A stretch of 64,000 nt of DNA from positions 2,108,001 to 2,172,000 of the forward strand of contig JBNJNM010000011.1 in assembly GCA_052426225.1 (NCBI GenBank). Direction: 5' to 3'. The position numbers were made by a program, and so were the translations under genes. This DNA comes from Zancudomyces culisetae HAW-14-8 (lineage: Eukaryota > Fungi > Kickxellomycota). Every line of letters begins with the position of its first letter. The first letter of the stretch is position 1. This document shows positions 1 to 12,043 of this stretch, in pieces. The notes beneath the pieces were generated by a model. That model was not told the DNA's origin. It searched no databases and worked only from the letters and a program-made list of their open reading frames with translations.

Positions 1-643
1 CAAGGAGTAGTTACAAGTGTGTTAGTAACTAATTATGGGGATTATCGCGTTTTAAGCCACTAGAGAACTAAGAATGAGTTATATTATTGAAAGACAGTTG
101 CTGTTTCAAGATTTGTGTTTATTTTTGTTTTCCGTTTTTTTCGATGAGTTTTCAAAGGAAATAGTGGTGGAAGCAAAAAGGAGGTAGCAGTGTTGCACAT
201 ACGAATTAATTATGGAAGTAATGATTCAAAGCCCGAGGGGAAAGTTACTCCCCCTCTCCTTCGCTTTTCAAATTAATGAAAAGATACGTGTGTATCCAAT
301 TACTAGCAGGTAAAAACCCATTATAACTTATTAATTAATTGCAAAACAGATGATACAAACACAAAATGCACAGTAGGAAAATGCAAATGGCTAACAAAGA
401 GAGGGAACCCAATGCTTGTCAAAGTACAACGCTAATACAGTGATACAAAAAATGAAAAGAGAAAAAAAGAAAAAGAGAAAAAACTATAAAACGCGATTAA
501 TCCTCAATCATCCTGCCTGATTGTTTACTTATTCGTTAGAAAAAGATACATTTATTGATAACTATTACTTATAATATATTCTTGTAAACATCACAGCAAA
601 AGCACTTTTATCCTCTAAAAAAAGCCGTCAAAAGTAGTTAACC

Positions 644-2089
644 ATGGTGAAGGAAGAGGTATTTGTATATGACGATGAAGATAAGGCCGTCATCAACACC
701 GAAGTCATCTTGACTGACACCGAACAGAAGATGGCAAAATCAATTACCAGAAGACTAGATATCCGTCTAATGCCTGTACTGATGTTGCTCTACGTGGGAT
801 CGTATATGGATAGATCCAATATTGGTGCCGCACTGGTTAATGGATTGAGAGCTGATTTGAAACTCACTAAAGCCGAAGAAGCTCTGGTCACTGCTTCATT
901 TTATATATTCTATACCACTCTTGAGTTGCCAGCAAACGTGATTTTGAAAAAGTTTAGACCAAGATACTGGTTTTCACTTATCGCGGGGCTTTGGTCAGTT
1001 GCATGTATGCTGCAGGCGCTTGCAAAATCTGGTGGACTTATTATTATGTTTAGATCAATTCTTGGCGCGGTCGAATCTGGTTTCACACCAGGAGTATTTG
1101 CTTATCTGCCTTATTGGTATACCAGAGATGAAGTCGGTGCACGAATGTCATTATTTTTTGGTGCTCTTCCAATTTCAGTACTAATTGGAAGTCCGCTTGC
1201 TGCTGGGCTTGCTTCGGTAAAAGGAACACTTGAACCATACCAGATGATTTTTATTGTAGAAGGAGCAGTAACTTTTATGATAGCGGTACTTTCCTTCTTT
1301 ATCCTCCAGGACTACCCCGAAACGTGCAAATTTTTGAGCTATGATCAAAGAAAACTGCTGGTAAAGAGACTACGCGCCGATCAGGGACTTGCAACCAAGA
1401 GCAAGCTGACTCTCAAATCTACAATTAGGGCTATCTTTGACTGGAAAGTTTTGCTGTTTTGTGCTGCAAACTTTGGATGTATCACTGGAATTAACACCGT
1501 TAGTATTTTCGGACCCACACTCATGAAAGGATTGGGATACAGCAGTGTTAGAGCTACATACTTGGCAACACTTCCTGGCGCGCTTGGAGTAGTTGGTATA
1601 ATAATAACACTATTCATTCCTAAGCGTATACCTCTCACCACCCAATTCTTTGTTTTCCAAACCATATCCGTTGTATTTTACACAATATTGACATTTTCAA
1701 AGAACGGTACCCTTCGTCTCATCTCATTTGCACTATCAGGACTTGGTATATATCCATCTTTCCCAATTTTCCTTTCCTGGGTCTCAGTGAATCAAGGTGG
1801 TATTGGAAAAAGATTGATGGTTTCAGCAGCAATCTTTACCATTGGAAATGTCACAGGAGCCGTAATCCCAGTCATGTTTACAGCAACCTATGCCCCACAC
1901 TATTATTTGGGAAATGCAGCCACAATCGGTCTACTCGGACTATCAATTTTGCTAACCGCAGTAATGGTTGTGCACTACGCAAAAGTCAATAAACAAAAGG
2001 AACAGAACCCAATTGATGTATCTCATTTAAGCGAAGAGGAACAAATTCTTTTGTATGATGACCATCCTGCATTTAGATACACACTATAA
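644..2089 (+). CDS. MFS transporter, anion:cation symporter (Dal5/Tna1-like) family
   Basis: Intronless 481 aa ORF with about 12 hydrophobic segments; family motifs RLDIRLMP, MDRSNIGAA, ESGFTPG, WYTRDE, IVEGAVT and a C-terminal DDHPAFRYTL. Confidence 0.92.
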   Translation: MVKEEVFVYDDEDKAVINTEVILTDTEQKMAKSITRRLDIRLMPVLMLLYVGSYMDRSNIGAALVNGLRADLKLTKAEEALVTASFYIFYTTLELPANVILKKFRPRYWFSLIAGLWSVACMLQALAKSGGLIIMFRSILGAVESGFTPGVFAYLPYWYTRDEVGARMSLFFGALPISVLIGSPLAAGLASVKGTLEPYQMIFIVEGAVTFMIAVLSFFILQDYPETCKFLSYDQRKLLVKRLRADQGLATKSKLTLKSTIRAIFDWKVLLFCAANFGCITGINTVSIFGPTLMKGLGYSSVRATYLATLPGALGVVGIIITLFIPKRIPLTTQFFVFQTISVVFYTILTFSKNGTLRLISFALSGLGIYPSFPIFLSWVSVNQGGIGKRLMVSAAIFTIGNVTGAVIPVMFTATYAPHYYLGNAATIGLLGLSILLTAVMVVHYAKVNKQKEQNPIDVSHLSEEEQILLYDDHPAFRYTL

Positions 2090-2753
2090 TTTTTACCACA
2101 AATATTGTTTTATTTTCATAAACCGCATTATCACTTCAAGCAAATATTTATAGTTGTACTGACTAAAACTTTTGATACCTGTTACTTTATTAAGTATTAT
2201 TCAATAAAGTGTAATAGGAAATGTTAGATGCTGTACTTGCTCCTAAAAGTTGGAAACTAGTTTGGTTGTAAAAATGATTTATTGCCCACTGAGCGCTCAA
2301 ATGCACCACCAAGTGTTGTTTGAAGATGTATGACGCCTAAAGCATATTTCGAACTGAGGGCAAAGGAAATGGCTAAGTCTCGATGTTGTAAATAACCGTA
2401 TATCAACTTTGAACTGACTTTTGGTGGATATGGTGCTTCTGGACGAACGTGTAAATGTAAGATTTTCACCTTTTCAATCTCACATTCTCTCATCCCCCCC
2501 CTTAAAGTTAAAATAGTTTGAGTAGTATCCCCATATCCTCCTTCCATTTGTGGGATTTTATACTAGAACCCCCTACTAGCCCATAGAGGAACCTAGAAGG
2601 ATTGGTTAGGTATGTATTATGTAAAATCCATTTATAACTTGCTTTATATAACAGTTTCTTGGTATATTCAATATGATAAAAAAACAAACTTGAGTATAAA
2701 ACACAAAAATATTGGTGAGAGCTTAAAAAGACCAGGCAATAAAGGATTTTTTT

Positions 2754-4227
2754 ATGGAAATGAGCGGCGAACACGGTTTATCCGAAATATCCAAAGAAAA
2801 CATACACGCTTCACAGCAGGCTTCGGAAACAAGAATAGACAAAAGTATACCACCTTACGACAAAGCAACATGCAGCAATGGAATTATAGACTTGGCAGTT
2901 GCTGTCAACAAACTTAATGAAAATGAGATTCTCCAGTTTTTGAACAAGGCAAACAGGATCGAAAAACATGTAATATACACACACACTTTTATACAACAGA
3001 TTTATCGTTCACATAAAACACCTTAAACGCACACAATACCAAAACATGATATTCATACAACTTTATCCATAGAATCTTGATTATGGGTCTTCGTATGGGT
3101 CTGTGAAGCTACGAACGGCTATTTCTGGCGTGATTAACCGGCATTTTATGCCCCACCACAATATTGTACCTGATGATATAATAGTAACTAACGGCTGTAC
3201 AGCTGCTCTCGATTTATTAACAAGTGTTATGTGCAATCCTGGTGATGCCATACTTGTTTCTGCGCCTTTTTATTCAAAGTTTGAAACCGACATGTATGTT
3301 AAATCCCGCGGTCGAGTATACCCTGTTTATGTCCCTGTTAATGAAGTGGAAAGTGAGAATCAAGTGAAATATTTTGAAGCAAAAATAACCGAGTTGAAGA
3401 AAAGTGGTGAGATAACACCGAAAGTTCTAGTTGTGTGCAACCCACATAACCCACTTGGGAAATGCTACCCCGAAAGAACTATCAAGGCTTTACTGAGGTT
3501 TGCAAATCGCCATAGCATTTATGTTGTTATGGATGAAATATATGCATTATCAGTATACAGAACGCCGGAAGATGTATCCACAGATAAAAGCGACAATACA
3601 GACGTGGTTTATCCATTCAAATCAGTATTATCATTTGAAAATTTGAGCGAAATCATCGATCCATCTTTAGTTATTGTTCTTCACGGCTTGAGCAAAGATT
3701 TCTGCATGAATGGTTTGCGGATGGGATGGGTCGTGTCTCCATTCAACAAGAATTTTATTATAGCAGCTAAAGTTATTAGCAAAATCTATTTCATCTCCAG
3801 CACAACAGATTCGCTGGTTACAAATTTTCTTTCTGATACCGAATTCATAGATAACTTTATTAGCACGAACCAGCGCAGGCTAAAAGAAAACTACTACAAG
3901 ATTACTGAGTATCTGACGCGAAACAACGTTTCATATGTTTCTGCATGTGCCGGTGTGTATATTTGGATTGATTTGCGCAGGCAGTTGATGGTATGGAAGA
4001 ATAAGAATTTGCGACCAGGCCAAGCACAAGTCACATCCGTCGAGCAGCTGACATTTGATGATGAAGGTGAAATGTGGGCGAGTGCGATAAACATAGGAAG
4101 AGTTTGTATTGCATCAGGTCAGCCATTTAAATCGACTGAACCGGGGTGGTTCAGAATAATACTTGCTATACCATGGGAGACATTGGAGCTGGGATTGGAT
4201 AGGCTATTGGGTTTTTTGTTGAAGTAG
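2754..4227 (+). CDS. PLP-dependent class I/II aminotransferase, ACC-synthase-like (2 exons)
   Basis: Exon 1 2754-2969 and exon 2 3073-4227 join in frame across a GT..AG intron at 2970-3072; motifs NGIIDLAVAVN, NPHNPLG, DEIYALSV, GLSKDF (PLP lysine), EPGWFRI. Confidence 0.9.
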
Positions 4228-4824
4228 AGATATTTTCGGGCGAGAATTTGGTCCCATTTAGGTATAGTTTAGAGTCTAGTGGGCTTTTTGATCAAACAAA
4301 AAAGGATTTATGCATTAAATACAAGTTTAAACAGTGTGGGAAAAAGAAATCGCAAGACTTTTGTGTCCTTCCCACGTAATCTATATCAGCAACTTTAAAA
4401 AATAATACGCCTATTTATAGCCACGTAAAGCGTACAGGTGCACCAATACTTTAGTCAAAGCATCCGAGTATTAATTTTGTAGTTTACTTGTTGTACATCA
4501 AAATGCCTTATAGGTAAAAGCTAATTATTTCTTTCACAAAACACAGTACAGAGACATTAATAACTGAAAGCCCTGAGGAATACATAATTGATGGGGCGAG
4601 GTGGTGATATATTGAGCACTATTGCCACACTCTTTGATTGCATTTTGGGAAAAGCATCAAATTGATAATAAAAAAATAATAACAATAATCTAAAGCGCAG
4701 TTTTAGTTGTAAAATAGCTATGTTTTTCAGGAAAATTAGGAAAAAAAATTTTTTTGAGCCTTCATATTGAATGGTGATTTGTGAAATCCTTTGGCCTATC
4801 CTTTACAAAAGGAAATAGTTTAAA

Positions 4825-4841
4825 TGAAAAAAATTTTTTTT
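4825..4841. promoter_or_regulatory. RRPE-like (A-run/T-run) element upstream of RLI1
   Basis: tgaaaaaaatttttttt, with a second copy near 4741; RRPE marks ribosome-biogenesis promoters in fungi, but the background is AT-rich. Confidence 0.35.
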
Positions 4842-5300
4842 GAGTATCTTTTGGCTGGGGGTGAGGGGAAAATGAAAACAGTGGGCCTAAATATATGAAA
4901 TGTGAAGAACAAGTAGAGGTAATCAAATGAAATTAAGGTAGAAAAATAAATCGTAGCGAATTAGAAAACAGAGAATCCAGACTGGAAGATTTGATATATT
5001 ATAATATATTTTTGCTTGTTAAAGTTTAAATATATTGATTCTATCGTTGAGTACTTTTTAAAAAGTAAATTCATCACAAGAACGATAGAAAACAAAAACA
5101 CCAAAGGTTGTGTAATCCAGTCAACAAAGGAGGATTTACAATCTGTTGTTATATACGAACAAATTTGTTAATAATACAACAGAAAAAGGTTAAAAAAAGA
5201 CAGGCATAAAACAGGCAAGTAGTCAACCCCTTTGTTTACAATTTTGGTTATAGTGTAGATGATAAAGTATAAATAAATTTCTAACTGCTGGATAAATAGA

Positions 5301-7106
5301 ATGTCGGATAAAAACCCAAGGATTGCGATTATCAACGAGGATAAGTGCAAACCCAAGAAATGTAGACAGGAATGTAAAAAAATATGTCCAGTAAACAGAG
5401 TGGGTAAGCTATGTATCGAGGTTACACCAAGTAGTAAAATAGCGAGCCTTTCGGAAGAACTGTGTATTGGATGTGGGTTGTGTATCAAAAAATGTCCATT
5501 TTCAGCTATTACGATTATCAATCTTCCTGCAAATCTGGAAAAGGAGACAACACATCGATATGGAGGAAACGCATTCAAGCTCCACAGACTCCCAACACCA
5601 CGACCAGGACAAGTATTGGGATTGGTAGGAACAAACGGAATTGGAAAATCTACAGCACTGAAAATACTTTCGGGCAAGCTGAAGCCAAATCTAGGAAGAT
5701 TCGAGAATGCTCCAGATTGGCAGGAAATCCTGCGCTATTTCAGAGGATCAGAGTTGCAGAATTACTTTACCAAGATTCTTGAGGATGATCTGCGAGCAAT
5801 CATCAAACCACAATGGGTAGATGCCATGCCACGATCAGTACGCGGAGAGGTAGGAGAACTATTGAGAGGCAAATGCGAACGGGACAACTTTAACGATTTG
5901 GTATCCAAGCTAGATCTGAAGGATGTGCTGAAACGAGAGGTCGGACAGTTGTCAGGAGGAGAGTTGCAGCGATTTGCGATCGCAGCCACCTGTGTGCAGA
6001 AGGCAGATGTGTATATGTTTGACGAGCCATCATCATATTTGGATGTCAAACAGCGGTTGAACGCGGCACGAGTGATCCGAGAGCTTTTGGACCCCAGCAT
6101 ATATGTAATTGCTGTAGAACACGATTTGTCGATTTTGGATTATTTGTCAGACTTTATCTGTGTGTTGTACGGTGTGCCATCAGTGTATGGTGTTGTGACA
6201 ATGCCATTTTCGGTGCGTGAAGGTATCAACATATTTTTGGAAGGAATGATTCCAACGGAGAATCTGCGATTCCGTGAACATTCGCTGTCATTTAAGTTGG
6301 CTGAAACAGCAGATGATTTGGAGATCGAATCGCAGCGCAGATACAACTATGGAGCAATGGAAAAGACTATGGGAGACTTTAAGCTGCAGATTGACCCAGG
6401 AGCGTTTACTGACTCTGAAATCATAGTGTTGCTCGGAGAAAACGGAACAGGTAAAACAACATTGATTAGAATGCTTGCAGGATTGTTGAAACCAGATGGT
6501 GACATCGAAGTACCTGAACTGAATGTGTCATACAAGCCACAGAAAATTGCACCAAAATTCCAAGGCACTGTGCGCATGTTGCTGCTCAAGAAAATCCGCT
6601 CCATGTTTATGCATCCTCAGTTCCAAACCGACGTTGTCAAGCCTCTACGTATCGAAGAAATCATCGACAACGATGTACAAACCCTCTCCGGTGGTGAGTT
6701 GCAGCGTGTGGCATTGGTGTTGGCTATGGGCCAGCCTGCTGATATCTATTTGATTGATGAGCCTTCCGCATACCTCGACTCTGAACAGCGTATCATCACT
6801 GCCAAGGTCATCAAACGCTTTATTCTACACGCAAAAAAGACTGCATTTATTGTAGAACACGATTTCATCATGGCTACTTATCTGGCCGACCGTGTTATTG
6901 TTATGGAAGGTAAACCATCCATTTCTGCCAAGGCCAACTCTCCACAGCCTCTACTCACTGGTATGAACACATTCCTCCAGGCTCTCAACATCACTTTCCG
7001 TCGTGATCCTACTAACTACAGACCCAGAATCAACAAGCTGGATTCCCTTAAGGACAGAGAGCAAAAGTTGGCTGGAAACTACTTCTTCTTGGAAGAAGAA
7101 GAGTGA
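5301..7106 (+). CDS. RLI1: ABCE1/Rli1 ribosome-recycling ATPase
   Basis: N-terminal Fe-S domain ([27 protein letters not shown]), two ABC domains ([26 protein letters not shown] twice), C-terminal YRPRINK; intronless. Confidence 0.99.
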   Translation: MSDKNPRIAIINEDKCKPKKCRQECKKICPVNRVGKLCIEVTPSSKIASLSEELCIGCGLCIKKCPFSAITIINLPANLEKETTHRYGGNAFKLHRLPTPRPGQVLGLVGTNGIGKSTALKILSGKLKPNLGRFENAPDWQEILRYFRGSELQNYFTKILEDDLRAIIKPQWVDAMPRSVRGEVGELLRGKCERDNFNDLVSKLDLKDVLKREVGQLSGGELQRFAIAATCVQKADVYMFDEPSSYLDVKQRLNAARVIRELLDPSIYVIAVEHDLSILDYLSDFICVLYGVPSVYGVVTMPFSVREGINIFLEGMIPTENLRFREHSLSFKLAETADDLEIESQRRYNYGAMEKTMGDFKLQIDPGAFTDSEIIVLLGENGTGKTTLIRMLAGLLKPDGDIEVPELNVSYKPQKIAPKFQGTVRMLLLKKIRSMFMHPQFQTDVVKPLRIEEIIDNDVQTLSGGELQRVALVLAMGQPADIYLIDEPSAYLDSEQRIITAKVIKRFILHAKKTAFIVEHDFIMATYLADRVIVMEGKPSISAKANSPQPLLTGMNTFLQALNITFRRDPTNYRPRINKLDSLKDREQKLAGNYFFLEEEE

Positions 7107-7393
7107 TCTCCTCTATCTCAGCCATCCCTTTTTTTATATATTTTTTTGCCTGATTCTTGTTTATCGTTTTTTTTTTGTTGATTTTTCAATCCGTTACTAT
7201 TTTGATTAGTTAAATTCTTGATTACGAATTTTCTCTGGCTTTGATTAAAGATATTTACCATAACCTAACTCTTGTTACTTTTTACTAAATATTTTTGTTT
7301 AAGGATCCGACTAAACAATTGACAAGCGAAAAGTCCTGCTCGAAAGAAGAAAAAAAACAAAAGGAATCATGGATTTTTTTTAGTAAAGAGTCA

Positions 7394-7672
7394 ATGACCG
7401 TTGATAACATTTGGTCTGACGAAAAAATCAAACGAAAGGCACTGTATTCTAGCGTATTGTTTGGCGGGATGGGGTTTCTGATTGCCAACATCTTTGGCAG
7501 AACTGTGCTGAAATTCAACAGTAGAATCAATCTCTTCTCCTCAATGGCAGCTATGGGTGCCTCGGGTGCAATGTACAAAGGAAGTTATACAAAAGATTTG
7601 CTGCAACACAAAGAGATTCTCCTAAACTTGAGAGCTCAACAACAACAACAACAACAGCAACAACAGGAATAG
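7394..7672 (+). CDS. Small hypothetical two-helix membrane protein with polyQ tail
   Basis: 92 aa from ATG 7394 with two Gly-rich hydrophobic segments (VLFGGMGFLIA, MAAMGASGAM) and a CAA-encoded polyQ; no family recognised. Confidence 0.5.
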   Translation: MTVDNIWSDEKIKRKALYSSVLFGGMGFLIANIFGRTVLKFNSRINLFSSMAAMGASGAMYKGSYTKDLLQHKEILLNLRAQQQQQQQQQQE

Positions 7673-8845
7673 TAAAGTTATCAAAGATATTTATGCAGTA
7701 TCAATAGTGACTTACAACGAGTCAAAGGTTAATATTGAAAAAAGACTCCACTACTGACAGTATTTATTCGGATACCAGAAATACCACATAATAAGCATGC
7801 AATATGTTGCGAATATTGGGTCAGTATATTGAATTTTTTCATACTTTTTCGGACTCCATTTCTCCGACCCTCTCTCCACCAAGTATCAAAATAGTACACT
7901 CAGTTCATTTCATCCATTTACTGTAATCATACCACTGTCTTTATTATTATCTACTGCTTTACTACTAGAATACACTGATACTAATAAATCTACGGTAGCA
8001 ATAAAAACAGCTTATTCTACTCGTACTAAATTTTTTATGCTACAAACTACCAAAATACTACTGAAGGGTTGTTGATGTATGTTTTAGTCCTACTTCCCCC
8101 CCCCTCTTTTCCTTTCTTTTATGATACAAATAATATCAATTCTCTTGTGCTTTCTAGCTTTTTATATATATTTTTTTGGAAAACATAAACGCTTGTGTCC
8201 AAAAGAGCAAGCACGACCTTTACTTTTCCAATATTTGAGTAGTACCTCACTATCCACTAGCTTTTCTCTTCTTTCAGTGTTTATGTGCTGTAATTTGTTT
8301 CAGGTCGTTTCCAGTTGATTTTATAAGCATGCAGTATACTTTGTACAAACATAAACTCAAAATATTCTCAGTAGCTGGTTTATCATCGCTCAATTTATGT
8401 ACAAATGATGTGCTTCAAGTCACACTTTCAAAATAAGAATAATATTTTCAACTCGGCAATACTTTGAAAACCCCACTCTGCTCAATTCTCTAATAGATAA
8501 GCTTATTCTCATCATGCTGAGAACGATATAGTCTCGACAAGCCTTAGAGTCGATCGAAACAGCTGGAGCTTGTGTATATTTTTGTCAGTAGTTTTCATCT
8601 CTACACTTCACATATTTCTTTTTTACAATCACAGCAAACTCACCAACCATTTTTTAGGAATAGCTCTTATTTTTCCAATTTTGTCAGCTTTTTTTTTTTA
8701 TCCGCTTACGTTTACAACACCATTTGAATTCCAGCAGGTTTTCAATTAACTATTTCAAAGTAAATAAATCACAAAAATAAACACCTCTAATAAATACAAA
8801 AAAAGTGTAGCAGTATAAATAAAACAATAGCAAATTTATAGCACA

Positions 8846-9819
8846 ATGCAAACGGCAAATCATGCGAATGGGATCGGAAAGGCCTCTACCGTTACCGAAG
8901 ACGGTGTTTATAAACACACAACGTAAGTATACAGCATTATTATATTTTTTCTATCTTTCTGTCAAAAATTGCCACTAATTCAAACAAGGGGGATTCAAGG
9001 TAGCAAAATATCAGACAGGCGACAATAATACCGAAATTAAAATGTAATTATAAATATAGATCACCAATAGTAACCGGCACCTCAGTTATTGCACTTAAAT
9101 ATAAGGATGGCATAATGCTTGCCGCTGATTGTTTGGCCAGCTATGGCAGTTTGGCACGTTTCCGAAACGTACAGCGGATACATCCTGCAGGACCCTCAAC
9201 TCTGATTGCTGGATCTGGGGATATTTCAGATTTCCAATATGTTCAGCGCGAACTCGATCAACTGCTGGAACGTGAACATGCCATTGATGATGGGCAATTT
9301 ATTGGTGCGAAATCCATATACAGATTTGTGTCTTCACTAATGTATGCGAGACGGAGTAAAGTAAACCCACTTTGGAACAAATTCATTATTGCCGGCTATG
9401 AGCAATCCGGTGAAAATCCAAATGGTAGCACCGCTGGAGATGGAAAACAGGGTGAGGCATTCTTGGGATTTGTTGATTTATATGGAACCACCTTTGTCGA
9501 TAACGTGATGGCCACTGGCTACGGAGCGCATTTGGCTCTTCCTATTTTGCGAAAACACGTTGAAGGCGATTTGTCAAGCCAGGAAAACCAGGATGTTGAT
9601 CATCAAGAAAGACAAAGGCAAAAATATATGGCTCTAACTGAGCAGCAAGCAAGCGAAATACTAGATACTTGCATGCGTGTCCTGTTTTACCGCGATGCTA
9701 GATCGCTAAATAAGATACAAAAGGCAAAGATTACTACAAGCGGATATGAAATAACCGAGCCATACTCTCTTGATACAAATTGGGACTTTGCTGAACATAT
9801 AATCGGGTATTCTCAATAG
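8846..9819 (+). CDS. PRE4: 20S proteasome subunit beta-7 (2 exons)
   Basis: Exon 1 8846-8922, GTAAGT..TAG intron 8923-9059; the spliced product reads HTTSPIVTGTSVIALKYKDGIMLAADCLASYGSLARF, with NPLWN and LFYRDARS motifs. Confidence 0.96.
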
Positions 9820-10010
9820 TTTTTTTTCGTAACTCTCATCTTTAGTATCTATTTGCTTTTCTTTTTCTTGAAATATAAAACGAAGCATTAGCTTTTATTT
9901 TTATTGTTTATTATAATTTCACTTTACAATATCATTATCGTTTATAACGAAGAAAAAAGGAACTACCTAATAAAAACCAAGTCGGAAATAACCGCAATTA
10001 ACACATGGTC

Positions 10011-11559
10011 TTATTGACACATGCGTTCTTTCAGATACTTGTAGTATTTGGACCGGGTAGGATCCACTGTGTTTGCTAGTAAATCACAAATGTCTTGAAT
10101 TTCATCCGAAAGCTCCTTAATTTCAGCTGCATCACTACCATTTCCGGCACTTTCTTTATTGTTACTACCCAACAGGAGCTGACGCTTATAGTTGTAATAG
10201 TTCATCATGTATTTCAGATAAAATCTTGATGATTGAAGCGATTTTCCCAGTGTATCGGGCGAGTTGATGGCCATCTCATTGATTTTTTCGTAGAATAACG
10301 TGTATAATAGTTCTTTGGCATGTAGCCCAAGCAAACCCTGAATATACATCCATGGACTCTCGTTGTTTGGTGCTAGCGCCATTATTTCAACCACAAAACT
10401 ATTTTTTCAATTTTTTGTGCATATTAGTTCCTCGGTCTGTGCGAGTTGAGGGTTTTAGTGCCCGTAAAAAGTGTACTTACTTGATCTCGTCAACAAATAC
10501 CTGTGTGTCCAGCTTGTTGCTGCTAGGATCGGATTTAAATAATACATAATATCTCTGGTTCCAGGCCGAGTTGTTTCGGATATCTTCGTTGATTTTCCAT
10601 GTCACATATTCAAGTTCATATTTCCACAGCCCGAATGTTCTTACAAGAAATTGCCTATTTTGCACATTAAAATACAATATCACACCACACACATTTTACA
10701 ATTACAATAATATATAGAGTAGCGCGAAAAAAAAATAACTAAGAGCATGGGTACTAACCTATATGCCCAGGCGTGAAAATTTTTAGAATCCTCCTCGATT
10801 TGTTGGTTACAAAAGGCAAACTCTTTTTGGACCAACAGATTGTTGAATTCGGGTCCATCCCCGAGGTTCTTGCTATCAGCGCCGGATACTCTATCAATTT
10901 CGGTAATATCGGCTCCATATTCTGCAAGTTTGTTGTTGTCCACAATATCTTGTACAATTTTCTGTCTATAATGGTACAGTTGGTAGTTTTTGGGATTGCC
11001 TAGCGCAAACTCATCCACCCAAACAAGATCTACCAGCGGTGATTTGTGTAGTTTCTGGAACAGTTCTATCCTGTACAGCCTATTTGATTTGATACAAGGA
11101 ATTAAATAAACTCTGATACCGTATATCTACCTTTAACACACACACAAATATATAATTAATTTAAATGTCAGTGCAAAACTGAGTAGTTTAAACTCCCGTT
11201 ACACATCTATAAGAAAGAAAAAAACAAATACCATGCTGTGTAGTTTCCTGGATTCAATTCTATGGCATTTGTTACCAATTCAAAACATCGCTCGGATACT
11301 TCCCCGCTCTGCATCACTGCTCTCAGGTAGTTCATCGTATCGCTATCTATCACATCAGTCACATTTATCAGCAGGAATTGCTAAAGGTGGAATTAAAACC
11401 ATATATACAAGTATTTAGTTCATTTAAAGCGGGTTTACATTCTTTGCTGTATGCGATTGGACAAATAGTGTCAAGCCCTTCGTCGATTTTGAGAGGCGTT
11501 ACATCTTTCCATTCCACACGCTCGCTGTAAGGAATGTATTGAGTATTATTTCCAGCCAT
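10011..11559 (-). CDS. RAM2: Protein farnesyltransferase/geranylgeranyltransferase-I alpha subunit (5 exons)
   Basis: Exons about 11559-11439, 11346-11232, 11079-10760, 10656-10481 and 10398-10011; PPTA repeats NPGNYTAW, PKNYQLYHYR, SKNFHAWAYR, RNNSAWNQR, PNNESPW. Confidence 0.93.
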
Positions 11560-11880
11560 TTCTCTCCCCGAGTGTCAATGTTATCTTTGATTTGTATACG
11601 AATGAGCTTTAAAAACTGTGCTTTATTGCTCTGCTGTTGTTTAAAGTTTGACTTTGAAAAACAAAATGTTGCTGGATTTAAAATAGCAAATGGAGGTTCA
11701 ATTCAGAGTATAAAAACGTGTTTTTTTTTTACACAAACATTTCCTAAAATGCCCAGCTGTTCGGGGGGGCCAATAGCCATGGAATGACTAGAAATACTAC
11801 CAGAGATTTGTACCTACATTAATCTTCATCTTTTTGCCCATTTTATTTGACTACTTTCCAATTATGTAATTGGGAGAAAT

Positions 11881-11902
11881 TGAAAAAAAAAATTTTTTTT
11901 TT
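11881..11902. promoter_or_regulatory. RRPE-like element in the RAM2/DBP8 divergent promoter
   Basis: TG + A-run + T-run about 150 bp upstream of the ribosome-biogenesis helicase DBP8. Confidence 0.35.
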
Positions 11903-12043
11903 ACACTGGAGGCTGAAAAATCCGATTTGTATTGCAAATGTATCAAGACTATAACTCTAGTACCCTGAAATTCAATATACAACATCCTTATAGAATACCG
12001 AATACTATTGTACTAACAACATAAGCAACAATAAGCCTCAAAA

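Noticed and set aside
2257-2917. Short ORFs upstream of the aminotransferase
   Set aside because: No recognisable motifs; overlapping, AT-rich chance ORFs
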